From Terriglobales bacterium (GTDB taxonomy: Bacteria > Acidobacteriota > Terriglobia > Terriglobales > Acidobacteriaceae), in assembly GCA_035279425.1 (NCBI GenBank), contig DATEHT010000030.1, forward strand, positions 153,917 to 217,916: DNA of 64,000 nucleotides, written 5' to 3'. The number at the start of each line of letters is the position of its first letter. Positions within the stretch are counted from its first letter, which is position 1. Both the position numbers and the translations under genes were made by a program. The notes under the pieces were generated by a model. It was not told the origin of the DNA. It saw only the letters and a list, made by a program, of their open reading frames with translations, and searched no databases. This document shows positions 42,473 to 52,903 of the stretch, piece by piece.

Positions 42473-43672
42473 ATGAATCCAAATCCGGCAATCGGCGTTG
42501 TCTTTCACTGGCTTGGCGGCCTGGCCTCGGGCAGCTTTTACGTGCCTTATCGCTGGGTCAAGCTATGGTCGTGGGAAACTTTCTGGCTTACCGGCGGAAT
42601 ATTCAGTTGGCTGATCGCGCCGTGGATACTGGCGCGACTACTCACTCGCGATTTGTTCGCTGTGCTCTCCGCAACGCCGGCGCACACATTGTTCTGGGTT
42701 TTCTTTTTCGGGCTGCTCTGGGGAATTGGCGGGCTGACATTCGGCCTGACCATGCGTTATCTCGGTCTATCGCTCGGAATGGCGATTGTGCTTGGCCTCT
42801 GCGCTGCATTTGGAACGCTGATGCCGCCAATCTTTCGCGGCGAATTCATGACCGAAGTTGTCGGTACGCTTTCCGGGCGAATTATTCTGCTCGGGGTTTT
42901 TGTTTGCTTGTGCGGGATTACAGCGGCAGGGCTGGCAGGAATCTCAAAAGAGCGAGTAATGTCAGACGAGCAGCGAAAAGCTGTAATCAAAGAATTTGAC
43001 CTGGGAAAGGGCATTGCCGTGGCGACGCTCTCGGGCGTGATGAGCGCGTGTTTCGCATACGCTCTCGCTGCCGGGGACCCGATCCGCGCCCTTACATTGC
43101 AGCACGGCACCGCTCCGTTATGGCAGGGATTGCCTGTCCTGACGATTCTCCTCATCGGCGGTTTCTTGACGAACTTTGTGTGGTGCGTGATTCTTCACGT
43201 CAGGAACAAGACTGGACATCAATACTTCAGCCTGTATTCGTCCGACGATGCTAACCGGAACGAAATCACGATAGAGACCGCAGTGGACGCACCGAGCCGC
43301 GAAGTCGCGGAATACTCGAGCGGCGGCAGGGCCACGGCGGTGTTGGTTGCAAAGCCTTCGCCAGGCAAAGTAGAGCGAGAGCGCGTGCCGATGCTCGCGA
43401 ACTATCTTCTATGCGCTTTGGCCGGCACCACCTGGTACTTTCAATTCTTCTTCTATACGATGGGCGAAAGCCAGATGGGGCGTTACAAATTTTCAAGCTG
43501 GACGCTCCACATGGCGAGCATCATCATCTTCAGCAGCCTGTGGGGAATCGGGCTCAAAGAATGGAAAGGCGCGGGACGCCGCGCCGGCTGGCTGCTCGCA
43601 TCTGCGTTGCTGCTACTCGTGGGCTCAACCGTGATCGTTGGTTACGGGAACTACGTGGGCTTGCAGCACTAG
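42473..43672 (+). CDS. rhaT: L-rhamnose/proton symporter
   Basis: MNPNPAIGVVFHWLGGLASGSFYVPYRWVKLWSWETFWL is the RhaT N-terminus. 10 TM helices. Confidence 0.9.
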   Translation: MNPNPAIGVVFHWLGGLASGSFYVPYRWVKLWSWETFWLTGGIFSWLIAPWILARLLTRDLFAVLSATPAHTLFWVFFFGLLWGIGGLTFGLTMRYLGLSLGMAIVLGLCAAFGTLMPPIFRGEFMTEVVGTLSGRIILLGVFVCLCGITAAGLAGISKERVMSDEQRKAVIKEFDLGKGIAVATLSGVMSACFAYALAAGDPIRALTLQHGTAPLWQGLPVLTILLIGGFLTNFVWCVILHVRNKTGHQYFSLYSSDDANRNEITIETAVDAPSREVAEYSSGGRATAVLVAKPSPGKVERERVPMLANYLLCALAGTTWYFQFFFYTMGESQMGRYKFSSWTLHMASIIIFSSLWGIGLKEWKGAGRRAGWLLASALLLLVGSTVIVGYGNYVGLQH

Positions 43673-43797
43673 GGGCGCTTTCTAAATTCCAAGGCTCTTC
43701 TGCGCGAACTCAGGGTTGCTCGGCGAACTCTGCGTTAAAAGCTCTTTTTCATCTTCATCCTGAGCCCGCAAAATCGTACAGAAATCGAAAGGAACTG

Positions 43798-44961
43798 ATG
43801 AGATCTGCAAAGCTTCGTTGTTTTGCAATCGTTTTCGCTGTGCTGACTGTGGAGGCCGCAAATGCTGCTTCGTCGCTTATCGTCACGGTGCGAAATCCCA
43901 GCGGTATTGCGCGACCGAGTGAGACCATCTCGGTGCCGGCGTCAAAACTGAAACAGGCAATGTCGATTGAAGATATTCGTCGTGTGCATGTGCGCGATTC
44001 GGGCTCTGGCAAAGAGCTGCTGACGCAGGCAGTCGATGATGACGGCGACGGAAAGTACGACGAACTGATCTTTCAAACTGATCTCGCTCCGAACGAGACG
44101 CGCAAATTCGAGGTGAGTGTTGGCGAACGGCGAATCCCGACAGTGCAGGAGTTCAAAGCATACGGACGCTTTGTCCGGGAGCGCGAAGATGATTTTGCGT
44201 GGGAGAACGACCGCATCGCCCACCGCACTTACGGCAAGGCTCTCGAGACCTGGCCACAGGAGCCACTGACCAGCAGCGCAATTGACGTTTGGACAAAGCG
44301 AGTGCCACGGTTAGTGATTAACGACTGGTATATGGTGGACGATTACCATCGCGATCACGGCGAAGGCGGGGACTTCTATTCCGCGGGAAATTCACGGGGC
44401 TGTGGGGGAAATGGGATTTGGGCGAACAATCGGTTGTATCCGTCTGCGAATTTCGTGGATTCGCGTGTGCTCGCGAATGGGCCAATTCGCGTGGCTTTTG
44501 AACTGACGTATCCCGCCTGGGACGCTGCAGGCGCGCGAGTCAGCGAAACCAAGCGCATTTCTCTTGATGCCGGACAGAATTTCGACCGCTTTGAAAGTCA
44601 CTACACATTCGAAGGACAGTCTGGAAATCTTCAAGGCGCAATCGGAATTCGCAAAGGCACGGATGCGCAGAGTTCCAACTCGCGTGAAAAGGGCACCATG
44701 CGGACGTGGGAAAAGTTGGGCGATCACGGGCAGCTCGGCTGCGCCGTGGTTCTCGATCCGTCAACAATCACCGGCTTCACAGAAGATCAGAAGAATTTTT
44801 TGGTTACGGTGAAAACGCCGGCAGATCACGTAATTTCCTATTACGCCGGCTTCGGCTGGAGCAATGCTGGATTTGCGAAGCCAGAAGACTGGGAGAGATA
44901 TGTCTCCGATTACGCGGCGCGAACCAAGGCGCCGGTGGAAGTCACCTTCTCGGGACAGTAG
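43798..44961 (+). CDS. DUF4861 domain protein (pectin-locus associated), secreted
   Basis: ATG 43798 (AAGGA upstream) gives the signal peptide MRSAKLRCFAIVFAVLTVEAANA. LIVTVRNPSGIARPSETISVP...DDDGDGKYDELIFQTDLAPNETRKFEV...FAWENDRIAHRTYG is the DUF4861 pattern as I recall it. The ORF-track start 43411 overlaps rhaT and is rejected. Confidence 0.72.
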   Translation: MRSAKLRCFAIVFAVLTVEAANAASSLIVTVRNPSGIARPSETISVPASKLKQAMSIEDIRRVHVRDSGSGKELLTQAVDDDGDGKYDELIFQTDLAPNETRKFEVSVGERRIPTVQEFKAYGRFVREREDDFAWENDRIAHRTYGKALETWPQEPLTSSAIDVWTKRVPRLVINDWYMVDDYHRDHGEGGDFYSAGNSRGCGGNGIWANNRLYPSANFVDSRVLANGPIRVAFELTYPAWDAAGARVSETKRISLDAGQNFDRFESHYTFEGQSGNLQGAIGIRKGTDAQSSNSREKGTMRTWEKLGDHGQLGCAVVLDPSTITGFTEDQKNFLVTVKTPADHVISYYAGFGWSNAGFAKPEDWERYVSDYAARTKAPVEVTFSGQ

Positions 44962-45086
44962 CGCGGACAATCTTTACACCGGAACTCAATTCAGGAGTGG
45001 CGCGATGGGGTCGAGGTCCGCGCACCAGAAGCATGATCCGATGGCGCTCGACGCGCAGGTGAACGATTGGTTTGAGAAGAGAAAGT

Positions 45087-45115
45087 AAAAGGCGGGCGGG
45101 GCACCCGCCTTTTTA
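45087..45115 (-). terminator. rho-independent (bidirectional) terminator directly after the second TonB receptor
   Basis: AGGCGGG (45090-45096), 7-nt loop, CCCGCCT (45104-45110), flanked by AAAA and TTTT. It lies 8 nt from the stop at 45122. Confidence 0.75.
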
Positions 45116-45121
45116 TGAAGA

Positions 45122-48100
45122 CTAGAAGTGAATCTTAGCCGCGAATTGCAGGATTCGCGGGTCATAATCACTGGGGAAGAAAGCCGCACTTGGCGCAGAG
45201 CCGATCTGACCAAAGCCCGAGCTATTCAGCGACATAGACGATCCGATATTGCCCGTCGGCCGGATATTGTACTTGTTGAGCACATTAAAGGCCTCGAACC
45301 GCAACTCGAGCTGCGTCCTCTCGGTGATCGGGAAGAGCCGGCTCAGTGCTGCATCAACACGAAGCAATGATGGCCCATAGAACGCATCGCGTCGGATAGG
45401 AGTATAGGCGTAAACGTTTCCGGTTTTCGGATTGATCAGCACTGGGGCCTGAGTACCGCTGCATCCCGTCCCGCACGTGGGGTCGGCAAATGCTGCAGGG
45501 TTGAACAGTTGATAGCACATGTTTGCGCCACCGGAGCCGCAACGCACCCACTTATTCTCGTACACTGCCTGTCCGGGAACCAGTTCGGGGCGGGCGCCGA
45601 CGTTCGATCCCGAGCTTTCGTTGCCATCAAGTAATGAATCTTTGCCGAGGACCACATTCACGGGATAGCCGCTGAGTAACCGTAATGAGGGTGCAACTTG
45701 CCATCCTCCCAACAACCATTTCATGACTCCTGTTCCGTGCACCGGGCTGGTGGCGACCACGGAAGCATTAAAGATGTGGCGAATATCGAAACTGCAGCTT
45801 CCATAGTCCAGTTGGTGGTTCGTTTGGATCATGTAATAGCTCTGGCGCAAATCTCCGTTAAAGTCTCCGTTGCTCAGACAATGCGAGAACGTGTAATTCG
45901 CCTGGGCGCTGAAACCGTGGCGGAAACGGTGCTGAAGGGTTGTGAGTAGGGCGTTGTAATTCGAGTAGCCCGTGTCGTCAGCGTGATCAACGATTCCAAG
46001 CCCCTCGGCGTACTGAGAAGTAAAGCTTCCTGTCGGGAGCACGGTTCCGCCGGTCGCAATTTGATACAGCAACCGGCGCTGGGACTCGTTCGAAGTTGTG
46101 CATCCGCCACCGGGCAGGGTGGCCTCCGCGCAGACGGCGGGACTGGTTTCAACGTAGTTGGCGTCGTAGGCCAGAGGCACGTGCAGGCTCCGGCTGCCAA
46201 GGTAAGCGAGGGAGAATGACCATTCATTCAGGAACTGCCGCTCGTAGCTCAGGTTCCATTGCTGCATATACAGGGGACGCATGGTGGACGGCAGGGTGGC
46301 CCAGAACGAGCCTGCCGGAAAAACACTGGCGCCGCCCGGAAATGGGTTGGAATTCGCGTTGGCTACTCCGCAACCAACTCCCTGCGCATAATTCAACCAT
46401 GGATGGCTGAAAGTGCCGCACCCCGCGGTGTTGTCGATCTGATCAACGAAAGGTGGATTCGAGGTCAGACGTTGGGTGAACCACGCCATCGCCGAGTCGT
46501 AGAAAAGCCCGTACCCTGCCCGGATGCTCTGGTTGCCTTTGCCCGTCGGGTCCCAGGCGATGCCGAATCGTGGCGCAAAATTGAGCCAATGATTGTTTGT
46601 GAATGCTGCGGGAACACCCTTGTCGCCGTAATACAGCACTCCAGCGGGCGGTTCAAAACCGGGGGCCGTGCGGGGATAAACCGAGCTAGTCACATTATTC
46701 AAGAAATCGGCCATATTGAAGAAGCTGCCGCGATGGAACTGGTCGGATGGCCAGAGGGTTGGCTCCCAACGGACACCTGCGGTGATCGTTAGTCTTCGAG
46801 TAGCCTTGAAAGTGTCCTGCGCGTACAAGCTTGGGATGTTCTCGCGATAAGCGACTTTCTGCGCGTGGCTCTGGCTGAACCCGCTGTAGTCACCTAAGAG
46901 CAGGTCTGCCAATCCATCGCCGCTCACAGCTCCGCTGAATGCAAACGTACCGTTCTCGTCGTAACCCGTCAGGGTGTTGTTTTGGGTATGAATGTAATCG
47001 ACCCCGAAGGCAATGTGGTGCTTGCCGCGAATCCAATCGATATCATCCGCCACTTGGCCGGTATTTACGTTGAAGAACCCGGGCGCGCAGGTTCCGCAGC
47101 CGAGAGCGAAGTAACCTGAAATGCTGCTGATCAACAGAAAGTCCGGAATCGTCGCGTACATGTCGACGCCGAGGGTGGTGGGATTAATATCGCGTGGATC
47201 GACCGCACGATTGTCACGGCGTCGGCTCAACGTGCCATGAAATGAGTTTATAAATGTCGGTGTGAAGGTGTAAGTATGCCCGACTGTGAGTGTCTGCGCA
47301 CGTTCCTTGTTGCCTTGGAACTGAGTCAGAATCAGATTGCTGGCGTTGAATGGGGCGGGAGAGCGATAGTCATCGATGAAGTAACGGCCAAACAGCGATT
47401 GCTTGTCACTGATGTTCAAATCCACTCTTCCAATAATTTCATCTTCGTTGTTGATTGAAGGTTGCACATAATTCAACAAGCCACACGGGTCCGTGGATAT
47501 CGGAACATAGCCTTTGTTGAACAGGGCGAGTGCGGCTGCGTCGTAAGTCGTCCCGGCTTTCAGCATGTTCCCGGTGAAAGGGCCCTTCAATGTCTTGGCT
47601 TTTCCTGAAGATTGGCAACCAGCGCTCTCGAGTGAAGTAAAGTCGCCGTTCAACGCGGCTTGCGTGGCTGTGTGGGTTTGTTGATTGATAGTCTGGCGGG
47701 ATCGCGTCGCTTGATAACCGCCGAACCAGAACAGCTTGTTCTTGATTAGCGCTCCGCCCACCGTGCCGCCGAATTGGTTGCGCAGCAGGTTGTCGGGTTT
47801 CGGCGCCGAAGTACTGGTTGCAGGAACAAATCGCTTGGTTGCGGCATTGAAAACGCCGTCGCGATAGAACTCGAACGCATCGCCATGGATTTGATTGGTA
47901 CCCGATTTAGTCACGAGATTGACGACGCCACCGGGATGCAACCCATTTCTTGCCGGTAGCGCGCTGGTTTCCACGCTGAACTCTTCAAGAGCGTCGGGGA
48001 ATGGGAATGGCAGGTTCACGTTCGCGAAGGTATCGTTGTTGTCGCCCCCATCGAGCAGATAATTCGTGCCATTAGCCTGACCGCCGGCTACGGAAATCGT

Positions 48101-48655
48101 CTGCGAGCTATAGAAGCTCTTGCTGCCGGTTTCATCCCCGCCTGGCGCATTCAATGAGGCGCCGGCCAACAATACCAGCTGCGTGGCATAACGTCCGTTT
48201 AACGGGAGATCCACCATACGCCGGGCATCGACTACGGTCGAAATTGCGGCCGTCTCCGTTTGCAGGAGCGGAGCTTCGGTAGAAACCTCCACGGTCTCTG
48301 TCACTTGTCCGATTGTCAACGCGGCATTGAAAGTTACGTGATCGTTGACTTGCAGCACAATGTTGTTCAGCACATATGTCTTAAATCCGGTTTTTGACGC
48401 TTCCAGACGATAGCGGCCCACCGGAAGCCCGGGAAACAAATAGTTCCCGTCCGCGTCACTGGTCGTGGTGTGGACGATCGACCGATCGACTTCCGTCATC
48501 TGCACGCGAGCGCCGGGCAAAGCGGCGCCGTTCGGGTCGGCAACCTGGCCAGAGACCTGCGCGATCGCGACTTGCTGTGCTGCAAGCGGCCGAGGCGACA
48601 TGCACACAACGGCAACCACGATCAGAGCTACCCAGCAAAGATGTTTCCGCAGCAT
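45122..48655 (-). CDS. TonB-dependent receptor with carboxypeptidase-regulatory-like N-domain
   Basis: ATG 48655 is preceded by AAGGAG. Signal peptide MLRKHLCWVALIVVAVVCMSPRPLAAQQ. SGQVADPNGAALPGARVQMTEVD...GNYLFPGLPVGRYRLEASKTGF. Terminal ...AAKIHF. Confidence 0.9.
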   Translation of the reverse strand: MLRKHLCWVALIVVAVVCMSPRPLAAQQVAIAQVSGQVADPNGAALPGARVQMTEVDRSIVHTTTSDADGNYLFPGLPVGRYRLEASKTGFKTYVLNNIVLQVNDHVTFNAALTIGQVTETVEVSTEAPLLQTETAAISTVVDARRMVDLPLNGRYATQLVLLAGASLNAPGGDETGSKSFYSSQTISVAGGQANGTNYLLDGGDNNDTFANVNLPFPFPDALEEFSVETSALPARNGLHPGGVVNLVTKSGTNQIHGDAFEFYRDGVFNAATKRFVPATSTSAPKPDNLLRNQFGGTVGGALIKNKLFWFGGYQATRSRQTINQQTHTATQAALNGDFTSLESAGCQSSGKAKTLKGPFTGNMLKAGTTYDAAALALFNKGYVPISTDPCGLLNYVQPSINNEDEIIGRVDLNISDKQSLFGRYFIDDYRSPAPFNASNLILTQFQGNKERAQTLTVGHTYTFTPTFINSFHGTLSRRRDNRAVDPRDINPTTLGVDMYATIPDFLLISSISGYFALGCGTCAPGFFNVNTGQVADDIDWIRGKHHIAFGVDYIHTQNNTLTGYDENGTFAFSGAVSGDGLADLLLGDYSGFSQSHAQKVAYRENIPSLYAQDTFKATRRLTITAGVRWEPTLWPSDQFHRGSFFNMADFLNNVTSSVYPRTAPGFEPPAGVLYYGDKGVPAAFTNNHWLNFAPRFGIAWDPTGKGNQSIRAGYGLFYDSAMAWFTQRLTSNPPFVDQIDNTAGCGTFSHPWLNYAQGVGCGVANANSNPFPGGASVFPAGSFWATLPSTMRPLYMQQWNLSYERQFLNEWSFSLAYLGSRSLHVPLAYDANYVETSPAVCAEATLPGGGCTTSNESQRRLLYQIATGGTVLPTGSFTSQYAEGLGIVDHADDTGYSNYNALLTTLQHRFRHGFSAQANYTFSHCLSNGDFNGDLRQSYYMIQTNHQLDYGSCSFDIRHIFNASVVATSPVHGTGVMKWLLGGWQVAPSLRLLSGYPVNVVLGKDSLLDGNESSGSNVGARPELVPGQAVYENKWVRCGSGGANMCYQLFNPAAFADPTCGTGCSGTQAPVLINPKTGNVYAYTPIRRDAFYGPSLLRVDAALSRLFPITERTQLELRFEAFNVLNKYNIRPTGNIGSSMSLNSSGFGQIGSAPSAAFFPSDYDPRILQFAAKIHF

Positions 48656-48935
48656 CTTGGCTTCTCCTTGAAAAGGTTTACGGGGCCTTTGCGCCGGCAC
48701 CGGTCTTCTGGACCATTCGCAAGAAATGACGGCTGATTCTCATTGGTTGTGGCCGCGTTTCGTGGTCTTGCTTCCTCTCACGCGGCCCAAATTTGCTCAA
48801 CTAAATCGATATTTTTGAGGCTTTAAGCCTAGTAGCCGCTTACTTGAACATGGCCGACTGTAGGCTGTCAAGAAAAATTTCATAATAAAGAAGAAATTTT
48901 GCAAAACACAACGCCGACATCCTGATCGCGCTGAG

Positions 48936-50009
48936 TTACCGAGTTTCCGCCTGAATGGCCTGACTCACGCGATTTTCAGTGGCAATTAATGGAGCGCATG
49001 ATTCCCGACGGATGAGTTGCGTCGGAAGCTTCATGTGTTGGGGCTGCAAGTCAGGCCTGGCAATCTGCTCAAGCAGGGCCTCCGCCAGTTGTTTGCCCAA
49101 GTCATCCGTGAACACTCGGACGGAGGTCAGCGCCGGATGTAAAGCTGAAGCTTCCGGCGTGTCGTTGAACCCGGCAACGCTAAGGTCGTCGGGGATCTCC
49201 ATACCACGATCTCGAGCTGCCTTGTAAACGCCGCGAGCCGCGGTATCGTCCCCGGCAAAGATTGCTGTAGGGGGATCGGGCTGGTGCAGGATGGCCTTGA
49301 CGGCGATGTAGCCCATCTCTTCACCCTCGCGGAAATTGCGTTCGTTCGCCAAAGTCTTCAACCCAGCCTCACGCATTGCCCTCTCGTAGCCTCGATAACG
49401 GCGCGCATACCAGGGCAGATTCAAGTTGCCGACGAATGCAATGCGGCGATGTCCAAGTGATTGCAAATACTGGGTTAATTCGTAAGCTCCAGAGATGTCG
49501 TCAAAGTAGACAGCTTGTCCGCCTGTCAGCTCCTCGTCCTGGTTCGCTATCACATTGTTTCCCAGCGCCACCCACGGGACGGATTTTTCGCTAAGCAGCT
49601 GGAGCAGACTTTGCGAGTTGGCCCCCGCCACAATCACGCCTGAAACAATCTTTGGCCGGTACAAAATCTCAGGAATGCTTACTTCGCTTACCGGGGCGCT
49701 CGTTGAATAGTGGAAGGGAAGAAACAGCATTGCATAATCGTGTTCCGCACAATAGGCTTGCGCTCCCATCAGCACCGCCGAATGGAACGGGTGTAGAACA
49801 CTTCGATTGCTCAAGAGGAAGACAATGATGCGCGATTTTCTGCCACGTTCCAGATCGAAGCCCAAACGAATGGCGGCTTGGATGATACGGTCCCGAGTCT
49901 GCGGATTGATTCCGCCACGAGCGGTTACGAACCGGGAAACGGTCGCCGTGCTCACTTGGGCAGCACGGGCGACATCGCTGAGCTTTATTTTTTTGGGCCG
50001 TTTTTGCAT
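48936..50009 (-). CDS. LacI family transcriptional regulator
   Basis: IKLSDVARAAQVSTATVSRFVTARGGINPQTRDRIIQAAIRLGF, then a PBP-type sugar-binding domain. Confidence 0.9.
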   Translation of the reverse strand: MQKRPKKIKLSDVARAAQVSTATVSRFVTARGGINPQTRDRIIQAAIRLGFDLERGRKSRIIVFLLSNRSVLHPFHSAVLMGAQAYCAEHDYAMLFLPFHYSTSAPVSEVSIPEILYRPKIVSGVIVAGANSQSLLQLLSEKSVPWVALGNNVIANQDEELTGGQAVYFDDISGAYELTQYLQSLGHRRIAFVGNLNLPWYARRYRGYERAMREAGLKTLANERNFREGEEMGYIAVKAILHQPDPPTAIFAGDDTAARGVYKAARDRGMEIPDDLSVAGFNDTPEASALHPALTSVRVFTDDLGKQLAEALLEQIARPDLQPQHMKLPTQLIRRESCAPLIATENRVSQAIQAETR

Positions 50010-50130
50010 TCCGGTGATGTACCGGCAGGGATGCCAGTCGCTGTTCGTTGTAAAATATCACGACTTCGATGAAAATACGGCAACAATTTTTAATTGAATT
50101 GGAGTATGATCTGCGACTGGCGTTTTTGAG

Positions 50131-52851
50131 GTGATCCCCCTAGTTCCTCGCACAGTCATGTTCCGACAGTTCGCCGCAATCGTGTTCGTGATTTCTGTGG
50201 CGACGATTCCGGCCTCTCCGCAGGGCGCCGGGGTTGCTGAACTTCGATCTGCTTTTCAATCCCCGCCGCCAGATTGTCGAATCATGATGCGGTGGTGGTG
50301 GTTCGGGCCTTCCGTTATCAAATCCGAACTCGAACGTGAGCTTCGCGCCATGAAGGATGCGGGGATCGGAGGAGTAGAGATTCAGCCCGTCTATCCGCTC
50401 GCACTGGATGATCCGCAAACCGGCTTCCACAATTTCCCCTATCTTTCCGACGAGTTTATTGACGATCTGCATTTTGCTGCGGAGAAAGCGCGAGAACTTG
50501 GGTTGCGTTTCGATGTGACACTTGGCAGCGGATGGCCTTTCGGTGGGCCGCATATCCCGGTGACGCAAGCCGCCGGAAAACTGCGCGTGGTTCCGGTTCA
50601 AGTGGAACCTGGAGCCAAAAGTATCGCGGTTCCGGATATTTCTGCCGGAGAGAAATTGCTGGCAGCATTCGTCAGTGTCAACGGCAAGAGCCCGCAGATG
50701 CTGAATCTGGAAGGCATTCACAGCGGCCGGATACCGCTCTCGCCTTCAGCAAATTCGCGAAGCTTGACCTGGTTCATTGCCAGTCGCACCGGACAGATGG
50801 TGAAGCGCGCGGCGATCGGCGCTGAAGGTTTTGTTCTCGATCACTTCGATCAAGCGGCAATTGAAAATCATCTGCGAACGGTAGGTGACCGGCTGCTCAG
50901 CGCGTTCGGCGATCATCCGCCATATGCCGTGTTCAGCGACAGCCTGGAAGTCTATGCCTCGGACTGGACAGGCGATTTACTTGGACAATTTCAGAAGCGG
51001 CGCGGCTATGACCTTACTCCATATCTTCCCGCGCTTGTACAGGACATTGGCCCCCAGACGGCGGACATCCGCCACGATTGGGGAAGAACACTTACTGAGT
51101 TGGCTGACGAACGCTACCTCGTTCCGCTTCGCGAGTGGGCAGCGAAAAACGGAACACACTTCCGATCGCAAACCTACGGGATCCCCCCGGTTTCGCTTTC
51201 CAGCAACAACCTTGTGGATTTGATCGAAGGCGAAGGCGACGACTGGCAAGGCTTTACGCCGACGCGGTGGGCATCATCAGCAAGCCATATCTACGGGCAC
51301 AACATTACTTCCTCGGAAACATGGACCTGGTTGCACTCGCCGGCGTTTCGCGCGACGCCGCTCGATATGAAGGCAGATGCCGATCGCTTTTTTCTGGAAG
51401 GAGTCAACCAACTCGTCGGCCATGGCTGGCCTTACTCGCCGCCAGGAGTTCCAGAGCCGGGCTGGAGCTTTTACGCCGCCGGAGTATGGGACGACCACAA
51501 CCCCTGGTGGCCGGTGATGCCGGAATTGACTCAATACCTGCAACGAGTGAGTTTCTTACTGCGACAAGGGAAGCCCATCACCGACGTTGCTGTGCTGGTT
51601 CCTACCGATGACGCCTGGTCGCAATTTACTCCCGGCAATGACTCATTGAGCGAAACTGTCGACCGATTGTTGGGCCAGAACCTTATTCCGCAGATCCTCG
51701 ATGCAGGATTCAATTTCGATTTCATCGATGCAGAAGCAATTGACAAACCAGCAATCAATTACAAGATCCTTATTTTGCCCGATATCGGAAGGCTTTCGCT
51801 TAAGACTTATCAGGAGATACAAACATTCGCCGAGCATGGCGGAGTCGTCATCGCGACCAAAGCGCTGCCATCGCGAGCGCCGGGATTCATCGAATCAGAA
51901 AGAGACACTCCGGGAATAAAGAGAATTTCGCAATGGCTCTTCGAGCAGCCGGAGGCGAAGGGCGATTTCGTTGCGGATGAAAAGCAGCTCGCTACTGTCC
52001 TGGCGAAACACGCTACGCCGGATGTGTCTCTCAATCCGAACACCCACGATTTGGGGTTCGTTCACCGCTCGCTGTCTTCTGCGGACGTTTACTTTTTAGT
52101 GAATACAAGCAACCGGCGGCTATTGACACGGGCGACCTTCCGCACCCAAAGAGAAAATCCAGAGTGGTGGGACCCATTCTCGGGAGTAGCTTCAATCGCA
52201 GGCACGGGAAGCGCAGTCGCGATTGATCTCGCACCATACGAGTCTCGAACCCTAGTCTTCAGCGACGAAACCCCGCCCGCTTCTGAGAGAGCTTCTATCC
52301 CTGCAAATCAACTGGGCACTCCGAAAATTATTGACACTGGTTGGACGGTCACTTTCCCGGAGTTGCATCGCAGCCTTCAGTTCGCCAAGCTGCACTCGTG
52401 GAGCGATGACTACGAGACGCGCTTTTATTCCGGTAGTGCGACTTACGAAAATAATTTCAGCATCGCTGTGCAATCAGGGCAGCGAATCTATCTCGATTTC
52501 GGCCCCGGCACCCCGACGAACTCGGTCGACAAACATCAGCGATTCTTCGCCGGCCTGGATGCCCCGATCCGCGAAGCTGCGCAGATTTTCGTGAACCACC
52601 AGTCAGCTGGATTTCTCTGGAAACCGCCATACCGGCTCGATATCACAACATTCGTGCGTCCTGGCGAGAATCATCTGCGCATCGTCGTGTACAACACCGC
52701 GATTAATGAACTTGCCGGACGCGCGCTCCGAGATTACCGCCTGCTGAACAGCCGTTATGGCGAGCGTTTCACGCCACAGGATGTTGAGGGGATGAAGCCC
52801 TTGCCCTCAGGTTTGCTGACCGCTCCGCACTTAGTTTTTATGGACCGGTAG
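50131..52851 (+). CDS. large secreted glycoside hydrolase, GH106-like (alpha-L-rhamnosidase candidate) with C-terminal galactose-binding-like domain
   Basis: FQSPPPDCRIMMRWWWFGP near the N-terminus and the C-terminal FVNHQSAGFLWKPPYRLDITTFVRPGENHLRIVVYNT are the hallmarks I associate with GH106/related families. Alternative start ATG 50158 gives the signal peptide MFRQFAAIVFVISVATIPASPQ. The family call is tentative. Confidence 0.6.
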   Translation: MIPLVPRTVMFRQFAAIVFVISVATIPASPQGAGVAELRSAFQSPPPDCRIMMRWWWFGPSVIKSELERELRAMKDAGIGGVEIQPVYPLALDDPQTGFHNFPYLSDEFIDDLHFAAEKARELGLRFDVTLGSGWPFGGPHIPVTQAAGKLRVVPVQVEPGAKSIAVPDISAGEKLLAAFVSVNGKSPQMLNLEGIHSGRIPLSPSANSRSLTWFIASRTGQMVKRAAIGAEGFVLDHFDQAAIENHLRTVGDRLLSAFGDHPPYAVFSDSLEVYASDWTGDLLGQFQKRRGYDLTPYLPALVQDIGPQTADIRHDWGRTLTELADERYLVPLREWAAKNGTHFRSQTYGIPPVSLSSNNLVDLIEGEGDDWQGFTPTRWASSASHIYGHNITSSETWTWLHSPAFRATPLDMKADADRFFLEGVNQLVGHGWPYSPPGVPEPGWSFYAAGVWDDHNPWWPVMPELTQYLQRVSFLLRQGKPITDVAVLVPTDDAWSQFTPGNDSLSETVDRLLGQNLIPQILDAGFNFDFIDAEAIDKPAINYKILILPDIGRLSLKTYQEIQTFAEHGGVVIATKALPSRAPGFIESERDTPGIKRISQWLFEQPEAKGDFVADEKQLATVLAKHATPDVSLNPNTHDLGFVHRSLSSADVYFLVNTSNRRLLTRATFRTQRENPEWWDPFSGVASIAGTGSAVAIDLAPYESRTLVFSDETPPASERASIPANQLGTPKIIDTGWTVTFPELHRSLQFAKLHSWSDDYETRFYSGSATYENNFSIAVQSGQRIYLDFGPGTPTNSVDKHQRFFAGLDAPIREAAQIFVNHQSAGFLWKPPYRLDITTFVRPGENHLRIVVYNTAINELAGRALRDYRLLNSRYGERFTPQDVEGMKPLPSGLLTAPHLVFMDR

Positions 52852-52903
52852 AAACGAGTTCGATTGGGGATGAATGTATTTCATGCGGTAACAGGAGGCA
52901 GTT

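Noticed and set aside
48874-48900. Inverted repeat AAAATTTC-N11-GAAATTTT upstream of a TTGACA in front of the second TonB receptor, and CAATTTTTAATTG at 50084-50096, as LacI operators
   Set aside because: These are very A/T-rich short dyads in A/T-rich promoter DNA. They do not resemble the usual LacI-family TGnAAnCGnTTnCA pattern and are not repeated between the two regions.
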